From Chloroflexota bacterium (lineage in GTDB: Bacteria > Chloroflexota > Dehalococcoidia > Lucifugimonadales > GCA-002723415): a stretch of DNA of 64,000 nucleotides. Made by a program: the position numbers and the translations under genes. The stretch spans positions 8,362 through 72,361 of the forward strand of contig PBKN01000012.1 of assembly GCA_002721445.1 (NCBI GenBank), read 5' to 3'. The notes below the pieces were generated by a model. It worked only from the letters and a program-made list of their open reading frames with translations. It did no database searches and was not told the origin of the DNA. Of the stretch, positions 59,955 through 64,000 are shown piece after piece; positions within the stretch are counted from its first letter, which is position 1, and every line of letters starts with the position of its first letter.

Positions 59955-60252
59955 TTTTTTCCTCTGTATCTTCTTTATCTGAATTTTTAAATCCTGAAAA
60001 AAATGATATAAATCTAGAAAATCCAAAACCTAATTTTGATCCTTCAGTTACAGGATTAATAAATTTTTGAGAAAATTTTGTAGTTATACCATCTACTTGT
60101 TCAGAGATATTATCAAATGATTCTAATAATTTCAAAACTCGTCTAAATATTATAACTCCCATAATTAAAATTATTACAGATACTATAATTAGAGTGAAGT
60201 CACGTATTATAACTAATGTTTGTGCAAATTCATTCAATTTCCACCTCAACAA
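59947..60252 (-). CDS. Small membrane protein, DUF948-like
   Basis: One N-terminal TM helix then amphipathic segment ESFDNISEQVDGITTKFSQKF; paired with YtxH-like gene as in many bacteria. Confidence 0.65.
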   Translation of the reverse strand: MLRWKLNEFAQTLVIIRDFTLIIVSVIILIMGVIIFRRVLKLLESFDNISEQVDGITTKFSQKFINPVTEGSKLGFGFSRFISFFSGFKNSDKEDTEEKNG

Positions 60253-60303
60253 TTACAATGATTTTAACATTTATAAATTTGCTTAACAATAAATATTATT
60301 TAA

Positions 60304-61290
60304 TTATGGTGATATCAGAATCCTGACGAAACCTTTTTCATCTTTTCTTTGAGTTAAAATACTATGTTTTTCTTTCTCTACCCACATTAATATGTCATAA
60401 GTATTCAATACATCTGGAATTACAACTTCAATAAAGGAATCAGATTTATTATTTATTTCTTGAGACAAAGCAGCTATTATACCTGCACAAGTTTTTCCTG
60501 TACCATCAATTACTTTCCATCCATTTGATTCATTAATATTTTTGTTTAGTACACTTATATCTTCTAATACTTCAATATCACCAGACTTACGTAATTCTAC
60601 TTGACGTTTAAATTCAGCTACTGATTCAGAATACACTCCGTTATCTCTATCTCCTTTAGAACACACTGCCCCTCTAACTCCAACAATATCAGGGTTTACC
60701 CTTGTTAATTCATCTAAATCAGACATTTTAAGATGTCCTGATAAAGCAGTACTCATACCATCGGATTTTCCTTCCATTACAATATCTCTTAGCTCTACTT
60801 CAGATAGAAAATCAAACAAATTCCTTCCATCTTTTGTCAAAGTATCTATAAGCCAACCATCACATTTGCCATCTCTAGCTAATTTAGGCATTAAATGAGG
60901 ATCCAATCCTCCATCATATAGAACATTATCAGCAAAAAGTGAACCAATTAACTTTGTCTCTGTACCTTCTAACGCTTCTTTTGAAGCTTGAAGAACTTCA
61001 ACAGACTTATCATAATCCGCTTGCATAAAACCAACTTTTACAGAAGTAGCTTTCATCTGTCCAGCAGCCCAAACAGCCATAGCAACTGTTCCTTCTTGAT
61101 TTGGTACTACTCCTAAAGTTAACGAAGCATGAATATCAGCAGGAACAGCTTTTCTTACATCTTTAAATATATTTGGCTTAGCAGATCCCACTAAAGCTTC
61201 TTGTAGGTTTTTAACATCAACTATATCTGCTCCACCTTTCATAGCTTCATATGCTTCTTTTAAATTTTGAACACTAACCATTAATATCAT
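60304..61290 (-). CDS. MfnB/DUF556-like (5-formylfuran-3-yl)methyl phosphate synthase family with C-terminal TusA/SirA-like extension
   Basis: MVSVQNLKEAYEAMKGGADIVDVKN, TSVKVGFM, MPKLARDGKCDGWLIDTLTKDGRNLFDF, DIVGVRGAVCSKGDRDNG; C-terminus VIDGTGKTCAGIIAALSQEI...DILMWVEKEKHSILTQRKDEKGFVRILI. Confidence 0.82.
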   Translation of the reverse strand: MILMVSVQNLKEAYEAMKGGADIVDVKNLQEALVGSAKPNIFKDVRKAVPADIHASLTLGVVPNQEGTVAMAVWAAGQMKATSVKVGFMQADYDKSVEVLQASKEALEGTETKLIGSLFADNVLYDGGLDPHLMPKLARDGKCDGWLIDTLTKDGRNLFDFLSEVELRDIVMEGKSDGMSTALSGHLKMSDLDELTRVNPDIVGVRGAVCSKGDRDNGVYSESVAEFKRQVELRKSGDIEVLEDISVLNKNINESNGWKVIDGTGKTCAGIIAALSQEINNKSDSFIEVVIPDVLNTYDILMWVEKEKHSILTQRKDEKGFVRILISP

Positions 61291-61306
61291 AATTTATTAC
61301 CACCTA

Positions 61307-62317
61307 TTAATATTTTTTAAGATTTAAAAGATCTAAAGCTGAAGGACGAAAGTCTTTCAAATCCGCTTTAAGCTCTAATTTATCAGAATCACTCATGTTT
61401 AATAATGGATTCCTAACATGTCCACCAGCCATACCCATTAATTCTCCCCAATATTTACATAAAGAAACTGGCAAGACTCCATTCATACTGCTCACTATTC
61501 GAGGCCACCATTTATCAGATATTGATTTTATTGGACGTATTTTTAAATCATAAAAATCTTGATCAATATTTCCTTCTATAGCTTTATCAATAAATTGAAC
61601 ATAATTATTTTTCCCTGGCATGTCAAATCTCCAATCAGACGTATTTGCAAACATAACACGTTGTTGAAAACCCAATTCTTTACCTTTAGCAAATATCCAT
61701 TCATCTGGAGTACTTATTAATACTTTATCTCCTAATAAAATATGAGTATCTATTGATAGCTGTTTATTAAAACTAGCTTCCTTAACTCCAACTACATTTG
61801 GAATATCGCAAATCTTTTTCAAACCTTCAGGTGACATAACAATTCCAAATTGAGGAGAATTATAAAACATTATAGCTAGAGATGTATTTTCAGCTAATAT
61901 TTTTACAAATTCTACTACTTGTTGCTCAGTTTTAGTAACCATATATGGCGCAGCTACCATTAACAAATCAAATCCTAAAGATTCAACATGGCTTGCTAAA
62001 TTAAGCATTTCTTTTACAGATGTATGGGTAACATGAGCTCCAATCATCCAATTGCCTTTAGATTCGTCAGCAAGAATATCATATATCTGAATTTTCTCAG
62101 AAAAGGTTAAACTCCAAAATTCCCCCATACCCCAAGTACACCCTACTCCACTAGTACCCAATGAACGAATACGTCTAATATTTTTTCTTAACCCACCTTC
62201 GTCAATGAGGTCATCTTCAGTAAAAGGGGATATTAATGTAGACCATTGGCCTTTAACATTATATCTAGCCCATTCCTTAGATTCACTTTTACTATATGAT
62301 GGCAATAAAACCTCCAA
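61307..62317 (-). CDS. DapA/dihydrodipicolinate synthase-family lyase
   Basis: STLISPFTEDDLIDEGGLRKNIRRI, FYNSPQFGIVMS, VVGVKEASFNK (Schiff-base Lys region). Confidence 0.85.
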   Translation of the reverse strand: MEVLLPSYSKSESKEWARYNVKGQWSTLISPFTEDDLIDEGGLRKNIRRIRSLGTSGVGCTWGMGEFWSLTFSEKIQIYDILADESKGNWMIGAHVTHTSVKEMLNLASHVESLGFDLLMVAAPYMVTKTEQQVVEFVKILAENTSLAIMFYNSPQFGIVMSPEGLKKICDIPNVVGVKEASFNKQLSIDTHILLGDKVLISTPDEWIFAKGKELGFQQRVMFANTSDWRFDMPGKNNYVQFIDKAIEGNIDQDFYDLKIRPIKSISDKWWPRIVSSMNGVLPVSLCKYWGELMGMAGGHVRNPLLNMSDSDKLELKADLKDFRPSALDLLNLKKY

Positions 62318-62397
62318 AACAAATTATTTTAATCAAAGCATGATTTGACTAAATTTAAAATGGTAATTAAATTAAGTAAAAACGCTAGATAATTACT

Positions 62398-62589
62398 TTA
62401 AGCTTTACTCGATACTTTACTTTGATTCCTAAGACACTTAGTACATATACTGACTTGTCGTAAAACACCTTTATCATTTATCTTAGATTTTTGAATATTA
62501 GCCAGTGAACGTGTTCGAGTACGTTTTTTCGAATGACTAACATTATTTCCATACATTCCAGATTTAAGACAAATTTCACACCTAGCCAT
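62398..62589 (-). CDS. rpmB: 50S ribosomal protein L28
   Basis: MARCEICLKSGMYGNNVSHSKKRTRTRSLANIQKSKI, VSICTKCLRN. Confidence 0.96.
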   Translation of the reverse strand: MARCEICLKSGMYGNNVSHSKKRTRTRSLANIQKSKINDKGVLRQVSICTKCLRNQSKVSSKA

Positions 62590-62643
62590 AATTCTCCTTT
62601 GACTGTTAATGATGTATTAAGTAGAATCCATATAAATAAAAAT

Positions 62644-62658
62644 TATATATATATATAA
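62644..62658. repeat. (TA)n tract in the rpmB-yloV divergent intergenic region
   Basis: Read directly. Confidence 0.8.
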
Positions 62659-62686
62659 TAACTAAATAAAATAGATTAGGCAATTG

Positions 62687-64000
62687 ATGAAAATTATTAA
62701 TAATGTAAAAAATTCAAACTCTTTTAACGGCAACAATCTCACCCAAATGTTTATTTATAGTAAGTACTACTTAGAAAAACATGTTGACACTTTAAATTCT
62801 TTAAATGTATTTCCAGTACCAGATGGAGATACTGGAACAAATATGCTTATAACGATTAGAGAAGTTCTTAAGTCAATTGAAAATGACAATAACCCTTCTG
62901 CATCTCATATTTCAAAAACAATGTCTGAAGCTGCTTTAATGGGCGCAAAAGGCAATAGTGGAGTCATATTGTCTCAATTTTTTAAAGGCTTTGAATCAGC
63001 TCTTAAATCAAAACATAATTTTGGATACGAAGAATTTATAATATCTTTAGAATATGCAGTCAAATATTGCTACAAATCCGTAGGAACACCAACTGAAGGA
63101 ACAATACTAACAATTATAAATGTAGCAGCAAAAACAGCTAGGAAATTATATGAAAATGGCACTCCACTTAATGAAATAATTACTCATACTTGTAAAGATG
63201 TAAAAACTTCAGTTCTAAAAACGCCTGAATCTCTAGAAGTTTTAAAAAATGCAGGAGTTATAGATTCAGGAGCATTAGGCTTATATATAATATTAGAAGG
63301 TATAAGAATATATTTAGAAGGAGGAGATTTAAAATCATCAAATATTGACTTTCCAGAAAATTTAAACAAGGCTCCAATAAATCTATCTAACTCATCTTCA
63401 GAAAATATGTTAGACCAAAGCCATGACAAATATGGTAATTGCGTACAGTTTTTTATTTTATCTAATACAATAAATATAGATGAAGTGAAAAAAGAAATTG
63501 AAAAAATAGGTTCATCTCTTGTAGCTGTTGGAAGTGATACTAAAATCAAAATCCATGTCCATTCTGAATCACCTGATAAATTAATTAAAATAGCAAGTAA
63601 ATTTGGTGAAATAACTCAAATTTCTATTGAAGATATGGATGAACAACACCATCAAATTATTTCAAAAGCGAAAAACACCTCTGAAACAATATTATTTTCA
63701 ATATCATCTGGGGAAAAAATTAATAATATATTTACAGAATTTGGAGCAATAAACTTTGATATACAAGAAAATAATTATACTAAAGACAAAATGGAATCTA
63801 TAATATTAAAATCAAAATTTAAAAATGCGATTTTATTGATGAATGGATTTACACTCCCACTTGATTCTAAAATCTTTTCAAACAAATTTATTCACATATT
63901 AAATACTAACAATATAGCTGATGGTATTGCAGCTATACTTAATTATAATCCTGAATTAATGATTGACGAGAACATATCTAACATGGAATCATCATATAAA
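62687..64000 (+). CDS. DAK2-domain fatty-acid kinase-like protein (FakA/YloV family), 3' truncated by window edge
   Basis: Read from sequence: LNSLNVFPVPDGDTGTNMLITIREVL, SEAALMGAKGNSGVILSQFFKGF; not in the ORF track because no stop lies in the window. Confidence 0.92.
   Translation, partial: MKIINNVKNSNSFNGNNLTQMFIYSKYYLEKHVDTLNSLNVFPVPDGDTGTNMLITIREVLKSIENDNNPSASHISKTMSEAALMGAKGNSGVILSQFFKGFESALKSKHNFGYEEFIISLEYAVKYCYKSVGTPTEGTILTIINVAAKTARKLYENGTPLNEIITHTCKDVKTSVLKTPESLEVLKNAGVIDSGALGLYIILEGIRIYLEGGDLKSSNIDFPENLNKAPINLSNSSSENMLDQSHDKYGNCVQFFILSNTINIDEVKKEIEKIGSSLVAVGSDTKIKIHVHSESPDKLIKIASKFGEITQISIEDMDEQHHQIISKAKNTSETILFSISSGEKINNIFTEFGAINFDIQENNYTKDKMESIILKSKFKNAILLMNGFTLPLDSKIFSNKFIHILNTNNIADGIAAILNYNPELMIDENISNMESSYK

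Noticed and set aside
63184-63549. 121-aa minus-strand ORF
   Set aside because: Antisense to the DAK2-domain gene that runs from 62687 past the window end.
1-64000. CRISPR array, prophage, transposase, toxin-antitoxin or restriction system
   Set aside because: No regularly spaced repeats, integrase/transposase motifs or recognisable defence proteins were seen in the ORF translations.

Overview
This is a compact, low-GC (roughly 30%) bacterial chromosomal segment with short intergenic gaps and many 4-40 bp overlaps. The content (menaquinone/ubiquinone-type UbiX/UbiA/UbiD, an F420 ligase CofE, an MfnB-like protein, PhyH dioxygenases, hydantoinase A/B) would fit a streamlined marine lineage, possibly SAR202/Chloroflexota. 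That placement is inference only. Housekeeping genes: prs, secA, valS, leuS, tsaD, nth, rpe, rpmB, tRNA-Glu(UUC), and most of arginine biosynthesis (argC; argH-maoC-argG-argD-UPF0182-argB-argJ). Metabolic genes: malate synthase G, a CitE-like lyase, leuB and a tartrate/isopropylmalate dehydrogenase paralog, an orphan XdhA/CoxL-type molybdenum subunit, and a TrkH/TrkA potassium locus. No CRISPR array, phage, IS element or rRNA was seen. Best leads: (1) an MfnB/DUF556-like protein with an apparent C-terminal TusA/SirA-like domain; (2) a tandem D-threonine-aldolase-like pair in which one copy has lost the PLP lysine; (3) a CinA-like/NadD-like fusion; (4) two genes (argB and a USP-like gene) whose only sensible starts are ATT codons; (5) a higher-GC amidohydrolase island at 27.9-29.3 kb; (6) ArgJ with a shifted nucleophile motif; (7) a potassium locus with split single-domain TrkA-N proteins. 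All family calls come from reading motifs by eye; no searches were run.
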